Assembly: GCA_963704905.1 (NCBI GenBank)
Contig: CAVPHZ010000002.1
Location: 428,905 to 492,904 of the forward strand
Source: Candidatus Chisholmbacteria bacterium
Lineage (GTDB): Bacteria > Patescibacteriota > Microgenomatia > UBA1400 > Chisholmbacteraceae
Direction: 5' to 3'
Length of the DNA: 64,000 nucleotides
The notes beneath the pieces are model-generated. The model was given only the letters and a program-made list of their open reading frames with translations, did not search any database and was not told the origin of the DNA. Each line of letters begins with the position of its first letter. Within the stretch, counting starts at the first letter, position 1. The translations under genes and the position numbers were made by a program. Below, piece by piece: positions 37,347-46,221 of this stretch.

Positions 37347-37418
37347 CGGGGACTGGCTCAACGGTAGAGCGCTCGGTTCGGGATCGAGAGATTCCGGGTT
37401 CGATTCCCGGGTCCCCGA
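37347..37418 (+). tRNA. tRNA-Pro (anticodon CGG)
   Basis: Hand-folded cloverleaf: acceptor CGGGGAC/GTCCCCG, D-arm GCTC-AACGGTA-GAGC, anticodon arm CTCGG-TTCGGGA-TCGAG (anticodon CGG), T-arm CCGGG-TTCGATT-CCCGG, discriminator A. CCA is not encoded. Confidence 0.8.
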
Positions 37419-37478
37419 CATTTAGTGTTTTGTGGGAGATGATAAGAACTCCTATTTGATCTCTGGCACTCAGACACA

Positions 37479-38804
37479 ATGAAACGGATAAAGCGAACGG
37501 CAAAGAACATATCTCCTTTCAAATTTTCTCCTCAGACGAAATTATTAGTGAGCATGACGATCCTATTATTCTTGGGGTGGTTCTATCTGAGTGGTTTAAA
37601 ACAACAAAGCTTCCACGTCGATGAACATGAGTTTGTTCGCAAAAGCTATTACTATGATTTATTTTTTCTTAAGAACGATTTAAAAGACGCGCGTTGGTAT
37701 ACAGAAGATGCGCCATTTCAACCAAAGTTCGGTCCATACATCTATGGGCTAACCCTGCATCTATCCGGAATTCATGATATTGAAGAAAAAATGAATCAGA
37801 TAGACTTTGGAAATATCTACAAAAAAGATATTTCAGCCCAATGGACTTGGTGGAGAAATCCTCCAACATCACCCTCACAAGCCGTAAAAGAGAGATACCA
37901 GCTTGTCTGGATATCCAGAAAAACAGGAATCCTCTTTAGTCTTGCAACATTTATTGTGCTCTTGACATTTCTTAAACAAAAGAGCTTCTCATTGGCTATT
38001 CTCTCTACCTCGCTGCTCGGTACCAATTCATTAATGCAAGCCTTTGGAAAACGAGCGATGACTGACAGCATGCAGCTTTTTGCATTTTTTTCAAACCTAT
38101 TGATAATCTGGATGTTCTTGAAGTCTCAGCAGAACAATCAGATCCGTAGAAGGAATATGCTCAGCCTGGCTATGGGACTGAACCTTGCTTTTGCGGTCGG
38201 TGTAAAAGTTAGCGGAATCATAATCTTACCGTTCATAGGAATAATATTTCTGTTGTTGTATCTCAATAGTCAAAATAGAAAAACTACTGGCTCAGCGGTG
38301 GTATCAAGTTTAGGAATCATCACATCAGTTTTTCTCATTGTATTTGTGTTGTTTCATCCATATTTGTACGAAGATACTCCATATCGGTTTGTGAATATGT
38401 TTATCGATCGGATGGATCAAGCTGAACTCCACCGCCTGGATACACCATTTTTTGCAGTTAATACAAGATGGCAGGCATTCAAATTAATTGTCCAACGATC
38501 GTTCTCTGCACCAGGGACGGCCAATTTTAGGTTTTTTGGTATGGAATTTGATCTGCTCTTCTTTATCAGCGGGGTTTGGCTCATGATCCAGGAGGCATAT
38601 GAAAAGTTAAAAAAACAAAAGGTTATGACAATAGAATTTCTGCTCCTCACTTGGACGGCTGTTTCCGCTGCAAGTCTTGTTTTCTATTTGAAAAACGACT
38701 TTCCCAGATATTATCTTCCTACCATCGCTAATCTCACTATCATTGAAGCCTATGCCTTACACAGGCTCCTAAAAATAACGCTGGACCGAATCAGAAAATC
38801 ATAG
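37479..38804 (+). CDS. polytopic membrane protein, possible GT-C fold (ArnT/PMT-like) glycosyltransferase
   Basis: At least 9 predicted TM helices. The first extracytoplasmic loop has an acidic DE motif (FHVDEHEFVRKSYYYD), as in GT39/GT83 enzymes. Confidence 0.4.
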   Translation: MKRIKRTAKNISPFKFSPQTKLLVSMTILLFLGWFYLSGLKQQSFHVDEHEFVRKSYYYDLFFLKNDLKDARWYTEDAPFQPKFGPYIYGLTLHLSGIHDIEEKMNQIDFGNIYKKDISAQWTWWRNPPTSPSQAVKERYQLVWISRKTGILFSLATFIVLLTFLKQKSFSLAILSTSLLGTNSLMQAFGKRAMTDSMQLFAFFSNLLIIWMFLKSQQNNQIRRRNMLSLAMGLNLAFAVGVKVSGIIILPFIGIIFLLLYLNSQNRKTTGSAVVSSLGIITSVFLIVFVLFHPYLYEDTPYRFVNMFIDRMDQAELHRLDTPFFAVNTRWQAFKLIVQRSFSAPGTANFRFFGMEFDLLFFISGVWLMIQEAYEKLKKQKVMTIEFLLLTWTAVSAASLVFYLKNDFPRYYLPTIANLTIIEAYALHRLLKITLDRIRKS

Positions 38805-38831
38805 CCATGTGCTAAAATTATTGCCGAACAT

Positions 38832-38903
38832 GCCCCTATAGTTCAACGGATAGAACAGAGGTTTCCTAAACCTCCGATCCAGGTTCGATTCCTGGTAGGG
38901 GCA
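38832..38903 (+). tRNA. tRNA-Arg (anticodon CCT)
   Basis: Hand-folded: acceptor GCCCCTA/TAGGGGC, D-arm GTTC-AACGGATA-GAAC, anticodon arm GAGGT-TTCCTAA-ACCTC (anticodon CCT), T-arm CCAGG-TTCGATT-CCTGG, discriminator A. Confidence 0.8.
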
Positions 38904-38987
38904 CAGATCTAAATATTCAAGTACAAAACCGAATCATAGCATCTATTTCCTGATCTATTCGCACATCTGTGCTATTATAAAAACATC

Positions 38988-41165
38988 ATGGAAAACCGCG
39001 TAATCCTCGAGTTAAGAAATCCTCGTGATAGTGAAGAAACACCGGAGGCTGCCGCGCAGTTCATAGCCGCCCTACCTGAACTTCGCACCTCTTTGTGGCA
39101 ACGAATAGCTGGAACACCAAAACCGATCACCTTTGAAATCGCCACCATTAATCAAACCATTTATTTCCTGGCAGTCATTCCGGAAGAAGTGGAATCATAC
39201 ATTCAATCCCAGCTCTCTGCCTCCTACCCGCGTATCATTATCAGCAAAATCCGGGAGTATATACCCCCATCTGAACAGCTCAAACACCCGGCATTTGGCC
39301 AGCTTGTCCTCTCTGCTGCAGCCTATTTTCCTCTGAAAACCTACAAGGAGTTCAAAGATGTCGACCCGCTTGCTACCGTCCTTGGAACAATGGCCAAAGC
39401 TCAACCCGGTGATTTCCTCTTAGCCCAGATCCACATCACCCCTGCCCCCAGCAGCTGGCGGAGAAAAGGTGAAAGCGCTGTCGAACGCGGAATGCCAAAA
39501 GTGAGCAGAGAGACTGATGACTCAACGGAGACAAAGTCTCACCCCCAGGCAGACCTCATCAACCGGAAGCTGGAAGAGCAGGGGTTTCGCGCAGGAATCA
39601 AGCTCCTTACTGATGCCGAGTCATCTCACCGTTCTCAGGACCTTCTCAGAAATCTAGCCGGATCATTCGGATCGTTCACCATCGGTGAAGGCAATAGTTT
39701 CAGGCTAAAAACCCCAAGCATTGGGAAAAAAAGGTTCCTGACTTCAATCCACTCGCGCACATTAAGCGGTGCACCCAAAGCCAACTATCTTAACATTTCT
39801 GAAGTCGCCACGCTGTTTCATTTACCCAATGAAAAATTAAGTAAAATTCGCAACATCGCCTGGGGATCAACGCTTCTCGGCGAACCACCCGAGAACCTTC
39901 CGGTATCCGAATACTTACCCGAAGATGAAAAAAAAGAGATCAACTTCATCGCCCGCACCGAGTACAAAAACCGCATGCAGACCTTTGGAATTAAACGTGC
40001 AGACCGTCGCAGGCATATCTACATCATCGGAAAAACTGGTGTAGGAAAATCAACCCTCATCGCCAATCAAGCCATCGCTGATATGCGAAATGATGAAGGA
40101 ATCGCTATCATTGACCCGCACGGAGACTTGTGCGAAACTGCACTGGATTATATCCCCAGTAGCCGTATCAACGATGTCATCTACTTTGATCCTTCAGACG
40201 ACAAAAGCGTTGTCCGTATAAATCCTCTTGAGGTTAAAGACCCGACCCACGCTGAGTTGGTAGCCTCAGGGATTGTTGCCATCTTTCACAAGCTCTACCA
40301 CTATTCTTGGGGTCCCAGACTTGAGTATATTCTACGAAATACGCTCTTAACCTTGGTACAAAAACCCAACAGTACGCTCGCGGACGTTCCCCGCATGCTC
40401 ACCGATGAGCGATTCCGTCAGTCATTTATCGATAAACTGCCCGAGGATGCCTTGAAAACCTTCTGGACAGGTGAATACAATAGGATGAATGAAAAACTGC
40501 GTACCGAATCCATCTCCCCCATCCTCAACAAGGTTGGACAGTTCGTCACCAGCCCAACCATTCGAGGTGTCATCAGCAATCCTCACTCCTCCGTCGATTT
40601 AGAAGACATCATGAACGAAGGAAAAATCCTCTTAGTGAATTTATCTCAGGGAAGGCTCGGCGAAGACAATGCCGCACTCCTTGGCGCCATGCTTATCACC
40701 AGGCTGCAGCTCGCCGCAATGAACCGCATTAATGTACCGGAATCACAGCGGAAAGACTATTATCTCTATGTTGATGAATTCCAAAACTTCGCCACCACCA
40801 GTTTCATTAAAATCCTCTCAGAAGCCCGTAAATACCGTCTAAATCTCATTCTTGCCAATCAATATATGGCACAGCTCCCCGAAGAATTGGAAAAGGCTAT
40901 ATTCGGCAACGCAGGCACCATCATCACTTTCTTGGTTGGAGCCGATGATGCAGCCAAACTGATGAAAGAATTCGGCAGCGTCTACACCCAAGATGATCTG
41001 GTCAGTCTGGACAAATACCAGATTGTCACCAAATTAAGCATCGATAACGCAACATCAAGACCGTTCCCTGCTCTCACCCTTCCCTTGCCCAGAAGTAAAA
41101 ACAAAAACCGCGAGAAAGTATTGCGCGTATCTCGGGAGCGCTACGCCAAACCAGTGAATCAATAA
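38988..41165 (+). CDS. FtsK/HerA/TraD-superfamily P-loop ATPase (DUF87/T4CP-like) with unknown 330-aa N-terminal domain
   Basis: Walker A IIGKTGVGKSTLIANQAI followed by IIDPHGDL; Walker B/arginine-finger region LYVDEFQNFATTSFIKILSEARKYRLNLILANQYMAQL. No TM segments. Confidence 0.55.
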   Translation: MENRVILELRNPRDSEETPEAAAQFIAALPELRTSLWQRIAGTPKPITFEIATINQTIYFLAVIPEEVESYIQSQLSASYPRIIISKIREYIPPSEQLKHPAFGQLVLSAAAYFPLKTYKEFKDVDPLATVLGTMAKAQPGDFLLAQIHITPAPSSWRRKGESAVERGMPKVSRETDDSTETKSHPQADLINRKLEEQGFRAGIKLLTDAESSHRSQDLLRNLAGSFGSFTIGEGNSFRLKTPSIGKKRFLTSIHSRTLSGAPKANYLNISEVATLFHLPNEKLSKIRNIAWGSTLLGEPPENLPVSEYLPEDEKKEINFIARTEYKNRMQTFGIKRADRRRHIYIIGKTGVGKSTLIANQAIADMRNDEGIAIIDPHGDLCETALDYIPSSRINDVIYFDPSDDKSVVRINPLEVKDPTHAELVASGIVAIFHKLYHYSWGPRLEYILRNTLLTLVQKPNSTLADVPRMLTDERFRQSFIDKLPEDALKTFWTGEYNRMNEKLRTESISPILNKVGQFVTSPTIRGVISNPHSSVDLEDIMNEGKILLVNLSQGRLGEDNAALLGAMLITRLQLAAMNRINVPESQRKDYYLYVDEFQNFATTSFIKILSEARKYRLNLILANQYMAQLPEELEKAIFGNAGTIITFLVGADDAAKLMKEFGSVYTQDDLVSLDKYQIVTKLSIDNATSRPFPALTLPLPRSKNKNREKVLRVSRERYAKPVNQ

Positions 41166-41238
41166 AATAAGTAAACGTTTGAAATCCATTAAAGTAATTC
41201 TCTATCACCTCGCAAGGTCTCACCTTTGAAGGTCAGCT

Positions 41239-42051
41239 ATGAACAAACCACAGGAACTGAAAGTAATTCAGACAATCATCCCTCAACTCATACAAATTAC
41301 CGATAACGATTTCAAATCAGCCTCCCTCAAAAAAGAGCAAAAAGCAGATCAATCAATGCTCACCGTAACAGACTTAAAGCTCAACAACCTTCTCCAAACA
41401 ACCATAAAAAAACACTTCCCAAACGATGCGATCCTCTCTGAAGAGGGTGAGCAAAATAATCAATACCAATCTGGAAGAATGTGGATCCTCGATCCAATTT
41501 GCGGCACCTACAACTTCGCCGTTGGCATCCCGCTCTTTACCACCAATATCACTGTAGTTGAAAACAATAAGCCACTATTTAGTCTGGTAGTTGATTATCC
41601 GAAGCAAACCTACTATTGGACATCAGCCGAACTACAAGGCGTGTACGAAGAAGACGTTCGAGTGAAGAAACCTCTCGACCTAACTGGAAATGGTATTGTC
41701 CTCATTGACACCGGATATCTAATGGTGCCTAATGGCTCCAAGCAAAACCAAAATGCATTTGCAAACATCATTAAAGATATCTTGATGGACCAACATGAAA
41801 TCACCTGCCTCTACACATCATTGGCATTTGCTTATGCAGCCCTAGGAAAATACGCTGCTTTTCTGATCACCACTACAACACCTTGGGATATTTCAGCGAG
41901 CAGTCATCTGATGGATAAGAACGGGGGGATAGCAACTGATTTCAATGGAGATCCTTGGAAACCCCAATCAACAGAAATCATTGCCAGCCTGGATAAAAAA
42001 CTTCACCACAAACTCCTCAAAATAATCCAAACCCACTGGCCAAAGAAATAG
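41239..42051 (+). CDS. inositol monophosphatase family protein (SuhB-like)
   Basis: WILDPICGTYNFAVGIPLFTTNI matches the IMPase WxxDPxDGT motif; a DAILSEEGE metal-binding region lies upstream. Confidence 0.65.
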   Translation: MNKPQELKVIQTIIPQLIQITDNDFKSASLKKEQKADQSMLTVTDLKLNNLLQTTIKKHFPNDAILSEEGEQNNQYQSGRMWILDPICGTYNFAVGIPLFTTNITVVENNKPLFSLVVDYPKQTYYWTSAELQGVYEEDVRVKKPLDLTGNGIVLIDTGYLMVPNGSKQNQNAFANIIKDILMDQHEITCLYTSLAFAYAALGKYAAFLITTTTPWDISASSHLMDKNGGIATDFNGDPWKPQSTEIIASLDKKLHHKLLKIIQTHWPKK

Positions 42052-42091
42052 ATCAATAGATAAAGAAGTATAAACTTCTGATCAGAGAACT

Positions 42092-42556
42092 CTACTCTCT
42101 CTCCTCATCAGAGTAGATCAAGTGGTATCCGCCGTGTTTATAATCAAAAATTTCCTCTTGAGAAAAGATCAAATCCCGCTCCTTTTTCGCGTTCTCAATG
42201 CTGTCAGACGCATGCACTAGATTTTGCTGCTGACTCATTCCCAGGTCTCCGCGGATGCTTCCCGCTTCAGCCGTTCGGCTTTTTGTCACTCCACATAAAA
42301 TCCGAACCGATTCGACTGCCTCCATACCCTCAATCAGAACAGCCACAATCGGTGAGCTCTTCATGAATTTCTTTAAGTTGCTGAAAAATGGCTTTCCTTT
42401 ATGATGCGCATACCACTCATCGAGCAGCTCGTCTGTCAGCTCCATCATCTTTATACCAACAACTTTTAACCCCTTCTTCTCAAATCTCCTGATGATTTCC
42501 CCGACTAAGCCTCTTGATACGGCATCTGGTTTGATTAAAACGATTGTTTGTTCCAT
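42092..42556 (-). CDS. ndk: nucleoside diphosphate kinase
   Basis: MEQTIVLIKPDAVSRGLVGEIIRRFEKKGLKVVGIKMM...NLVHASDS (active-site His region). Confidence 0.85.
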   Translation of the reverse strand: MEQTIVLIKPDAVSRGLVGEIIRRFEKKGLKVVGIKMMELTDELLDEWYAHHKGKPFFSNLKKFMKSSPIVAVLIEGMEAVESVRILCGVTKSRTAEAGSIRGDLGMSQQQNLVHASDSIENAKKERDLIFSQEEIFDYKHGGYHLIYSDEERE

Positions 42557-42585
42557 ACATTCCTCCTTCCTAATGTCTACTTACC

Positions 42586-43902
42586 CTAGTGTAACAACTT
42601 CAAATATTTCTGTCTATCTTTCTCCTGATATGGTCCAAGAACCGACAAGTGGAGTTTCTTTCTATCAAAAAGCTCTTCAGCCACTCGTACAACGTCCTCA
42701 AGACTCACTGCAGAAACCTCATCCAAAAGCTCTTTTGGTGTCATCACGTTCCGTTCAAGCAAATAGCGCCGGACGTAAAGATCGGCTATTTCTTGACTAT
42801 CTTCAAGCTCTAAGATCAATCTTCCTTTCAAGTTTTCTTTTGCTCGTTTAACTTCTTTATCATCAAGTTTTCCATCGCGAAGCTGCCAAAACTGCTCCAA
42901 GACCACCCGCAAAGCCTCATCCAACTGGCTCTTTTCAACTCCGGCGTGCACGGTAAAACTTCCTGTTTCATAATACACATCCAGGTCGGTTTTGATGTAA
43001 TACGCAAGTCCCCGTTTCTCTCGAACTTCAGTAAACAACCTCGAGCTCATGTTTCCGCCTAAAAGCGTGGTCAATACAGATAACACAAACCGATCTTTAT
43101 GACCTCGGGCAAAACTTGGAAGACCTAAAACAAAATGTGCCTGGTCTGTCTTTTTAGGAAACAGAAGTACTTTCGGATTTACAACTTTATCAAGTTTTAC
43201 CTCCTCCCATCCGGTATCTTTTCCGGAAGGCAGACCCGAAAAACCTTCTAATACACGCTTCTGTACACTCTTTCTCTCAGCTTCAGTGCTCCCCATTCCG
43301 CCCACAACTCCAACTACAAAGTGCTCCCGAGTATACCGCTCTCTCAGATAGCCAAGCAGATCTGCTCGCGTAAATGAACGCACATGCTCAGGAGTACCGA
43401 TGGTTTCTCGTCCCAGACTATTTTTCCCGTAAAGGAGTTCGTCAAACAGCACCGAGACCTTCCGCGTTGGCAAATCCTCATACATGTTAATCTCTTCAAC
43501 GATTACACCTTTTTCTCGTTCCATCGCCTCTTCTTCAAGCAGCGGTTTTGTAAGCATCTGACTTAATACATTGACCGATGTCTTAAAATGCTCAACCGCC
43601 GACTTGACATAAAACCCAGTGAACTCTTTGCTGGTAAACGCATTGAATTCTCCTCCAAACGAGTCAATCGTAGAGCTTATCGAGAGTGGTGTGGGATATT
43701 TTTCCGTTCCCTTAAACACCATATGCTCGAGAAAATGCGAAATTCCAGACAGTTTCTCAGGTTCGTCCCGGCTTCCTGTTCGCACCATAACCAACGTGGT
43801 AACGCTTTGAACATGCTTCATGGGAACCATCAGCAATGTAAGTCCCCCGTCCAATGTTTCGAGATGGAAATGGTTATTCATATGAGCTATTGTAACACGC
43901 AA
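42586..43902 (-). CDS. M16-family zinc peptidase (pitrilysin/insulinase-like)
   Basis: GISHFLEHMVFKGTEKYP is the inverted HxxEH zinc motif. 438 aa, the typical single-chain M16B size. Confidence 0.8.
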   Translation of the reverse strand: MRVTIAHMNNHFHLETLDGGLTLLMVPMKHVQSVTTLVMVRTGSRDEPEKLSGISHFLEHMVFKGTEKYPTPLSISSTIDSFGGEFNAFTSKEFTGFYVKSAVEHFKTSVNVLSQMLTKPLLEEEAMEREKGVIVEEINMYEDLPTRKVSVLFDELLYGKNSLGRETIGTPEHVRSFTRADLLGYLRERYTREHFVVGVVGGMGSTEAERKSVQKRVLEGFSGLPSGKDTGWEEVKLDKVVNPKVLLFPKKTDQAHFVLGLPSFARGHKDRFVLSVLTTLLGGNMSSRLFTEVREKRGLAYYIKTDLDVYYETGSFTVHAGVEKSQLDEALRVVLEQFWQLRDGKLDDKEVKRAKENLKGRLILELEDSQEIADLYVRRYLLERNVMTPKELLDEVSAVSLEDVVRVAEELFDRKKLHLSVLGPYQEKDRQKYLKLLH

Positions 43903-43999
43903 GACGAGATCTCTACCAGATCATGATAGACAAATGAATAAACTAGTAACCTATAGTATAATACGCGTTTATGTGGGAAAAGAGGATCAGCGTCCGTGT

Positions 44000-45247
44000 C
44001 TAGAGGATCTTCGCAAGCGCAATCTGACCTGTGGCTGTTGCGCCAAAGAACATAAAGAATGCTTCTTCACCCTGCTTGAACCTGGGTATATGCCGTGCCA
44101 TCTCTAAGCCAAAGGTGACAGCCGGAGCATTGACATGTGTGGGGCACCACTCGGTAAGTCCGGGTGGAAGACCGATCTCCTCAAGTCTCTCACCGGTTTT
44201 TTCATAGATTTTCCTACTTGCAGGATGAATCAACGCATGACAAACATTGGAAAGCTGATGGTTACCATCAGAAAGTGAATCTTGAAACAAAGCTATCATT
44301 TGCCTGGTAAACGTGCTGAATAACTTCGTAGTTCCCGGCGGATATAAAAAAGCACCCTGACTCTTATCAGGATCTGGCATGTCACTTACAAACCCATACT
44401 CATTCCTCTTCAGAAGCCCGCCGTAACCAGCAACATCCTCGCCAACAAACTCCAATGTCCTAACTGCCCCTAAATGCGGTCCGCCTCTAAAATCTTTATT
44501 ATCGGGAAGCGAATGAGTAATCCTCCGAAGAAGCTGTAATCGACTCGGTTGATACATTACTACCGCAGTCTGATCAGAAAACATCGAAAGGATCTCGGGT
44601 TTAGTAATACCTCGCCTCCAAATCGCTGCTTCAGATCTTGGATCACTAACGGGATGTCTCAGAGAGAGTGCTGTTTCCAAACCAACAATAACATGAAACT
44701 TGTCATCGGTTTGAGGTTCTAAAAGAGACTGGTCAAACAATATCGCGGAAGAGTTACAAGCAGCGGCAGACACAAGTGCTTCCACTTTCTCGCCAAGCCC
44801 GAGCGATTCACGAACTTGTAGAGCTAATCGATTTGAGAAAGGTATCGTAGAAGCAACACCAATCCTAGAGATTTGATCAATTCCAACATCGAGAGCACCC
44901 GCAGCTTGCAGGATAGCCTGACGTGCAATCTCCATTTGAAATGGAGCTATCTCACGATAAGCGAGCGCACCTCCCCACCAACTCCGTTCAAATCCACTAT
45001 CCCCAGCGAAGTTTCTCCCTATAGCAACCGGTCCAATATGCTCTTCCACTGCATCACGAAGCTGATCCACATCCAATTCTTGTCCCCAATATCCAGTGAC
45101 TGCTGCCATTCCAAGATCTTGCCTTGCCACTGCATCGCGGAATGTCAACTCTTCACGCCCAGCAACCTCGGCACCAACTTCTAATAGCTCTTGAATCGGA
45201 CGAGAATCTAAACCTTCATCCCCTCCTGTTTGATCCTGCTCTTTCAT
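44000..45247 (-). CDS. thiolase-fold condensing enzyme, FabH/KAS-III-like (atypical)
   Basis: Putative active-site Cys in VSAAACNSSAILFD. His region CHALIHPASRKIYEKTGERLEEIGLP (cf. HQAN in FabH). THVNAPAVTFGLEMA region (cf. GNTSAAS). C-terminal FFMFFGATATGQIALAKIL (cf. GFGGGLTWG). Longer than FabH, with a ~100-aa N-terminal extension. Confidence 0.35.
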   Translation of the reverse strand: MKEQDQTGGDEGLDSRPIQELLEVGAEVAGREELTFRDAVARQDLGMAAVTGYWGQELDVDQLRDAVEEHIGPVAIGRNFAGDSGFERSWWGGALAYREIAPFQMEIARQAILQAAGALDVGIDQISRIGVASTIPFSNRLALQVRESLGLGEKVEALVSAAACNSSAILFDQSLLEPQTDDKFHVIVGLETALSLRHPVSDPRSEAAIWRRGITKPEILSMFSDQTAVVMYQPSRLQLLRRITHSLPDNKDFRGGPHLGAVRTLEFVGEDVAGYGGLLKRNEYGFVSDMPDPDKSQGAFLYPPGTTKLFSTFTRQMIALFQDSLSDGNHQLSNVCHALIHPASRKIYEKTGERLEEIGLPPGLTEWCPTHVNAPAVTFGLEMARHIPRFKQGEEAFFMFFGATATGQIALAKIL

Positions 45248-45511
45248 AATGAATGACTCCGTATTCTACACACTTTTCAGTATTGTTCAAATGAGATAGA
45301 TCACCTATGTTCAGTCGTGTTGAAGTTTACATTTTATCGAAACTGACTCTAGAACAACTGAGAATACCAACAAGTATATTCCAATCACACTTTTTCAGGC
45401 AATGTACTAGATACCGCCATTTAAACAGTGGTCAGAAACAACTGATCTTAATACACACCTCCGCCTCATTGCATTTATCAAATAGAAACATATGATGGCA
45501 CTGCAAAAAAT

Positions 45512-46210
45512 ATGCCTCAATCTCCAGATAAAGACAGGAAATCTACAACTGAAATTGCTCAGGACCTTCGTCAAAAAGTGATCCGATTCACCAGAGATAA
45601 GATCTATGATGAGGTGGATTTTACCGTTCCTCAATTCAATCAAGCCTGGGCGACTAATCAGCAGTTAATCGATGGAATGAGAGCAAACGATATGGGAATC
45701 ATGATCATCCCAAATGAGGGTAAAGTATTAATCAAGACATTTAAAAGAAATATCGGTGAGATCGACTTGCTCTACGTAGTCGGCAATCCAGATGCACAAG
45801 TGAGAATCCTCTCTGCATGGTACGAAGAGCTGTATCGATCTTCCCAGGCAGGAGAATTCGAACAGAGCAGCCTCACATTTGCAAAAATGACTGCCCCTCT
45901 TGGCATCACTGACGAGGACCTTGATCAAGTCCCTCCAGACATATTTCTGGATTATCCTGAACACCATTCTGTCCGCCAATCAGCAACAATTCTAAGAAAA
46001 ACTCTTGAAAGAATACTAACGAACTCAGGTTCTGGAAGCATTGATCAAGTGAGTCTTGGATACCAAGAAACAGAGAGACTTCTATTGAATATCTGGAACC
46101 TGATCGGGGAAATAAATCCAAATGCACAACAACGCTTAAACGCAACAGCCCCATATGTAACCCACGCTTCAGCTTCCGCCGTAGAACATCACCTAGACAT
46201 CCAGCCATAG
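45512..46210 (+). CDS. hypothetical protein (232 aa)
   Basis: ORF only; no recognisable motifs. Confidence 0.3.
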   Translation: MPQSPDKDRKSTTEIAQDLRQKVIRFTRDKIYDEVDFTVPQFNQAWATNQQLIDGMRANDMGIMIIPNEGKVLIKTFKRNIGEIDLLYVVGNPDAQVRILSAWYEELYRSSQAGEFEQSSLTFAKMTAPLGITDEDLDQVPPDIFLDYPEHHSVRQSATILRKTLERILTNSGSGSIDQVSLGYQETERLLLNIWNLIGEINPNAQQRLNATAPYVTHASASAVEHHLDIQP

Positions 46211-46221
46211 TGAAAAAGTAG

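Noticed and set aside
38988-41165. Calling the ATPase specifically VirB4/VirD4 of a conjugative type IV secretion system, or the tRNA-flanked block an integrative element
   Set aside because: There is no integrase, relaxase, VirB6/8/9/10-like gene or identifiable att duplication in the window, and the protein has no N-terminal TM anchor as T4CPs do. Only superfamily-level assignment is justified.
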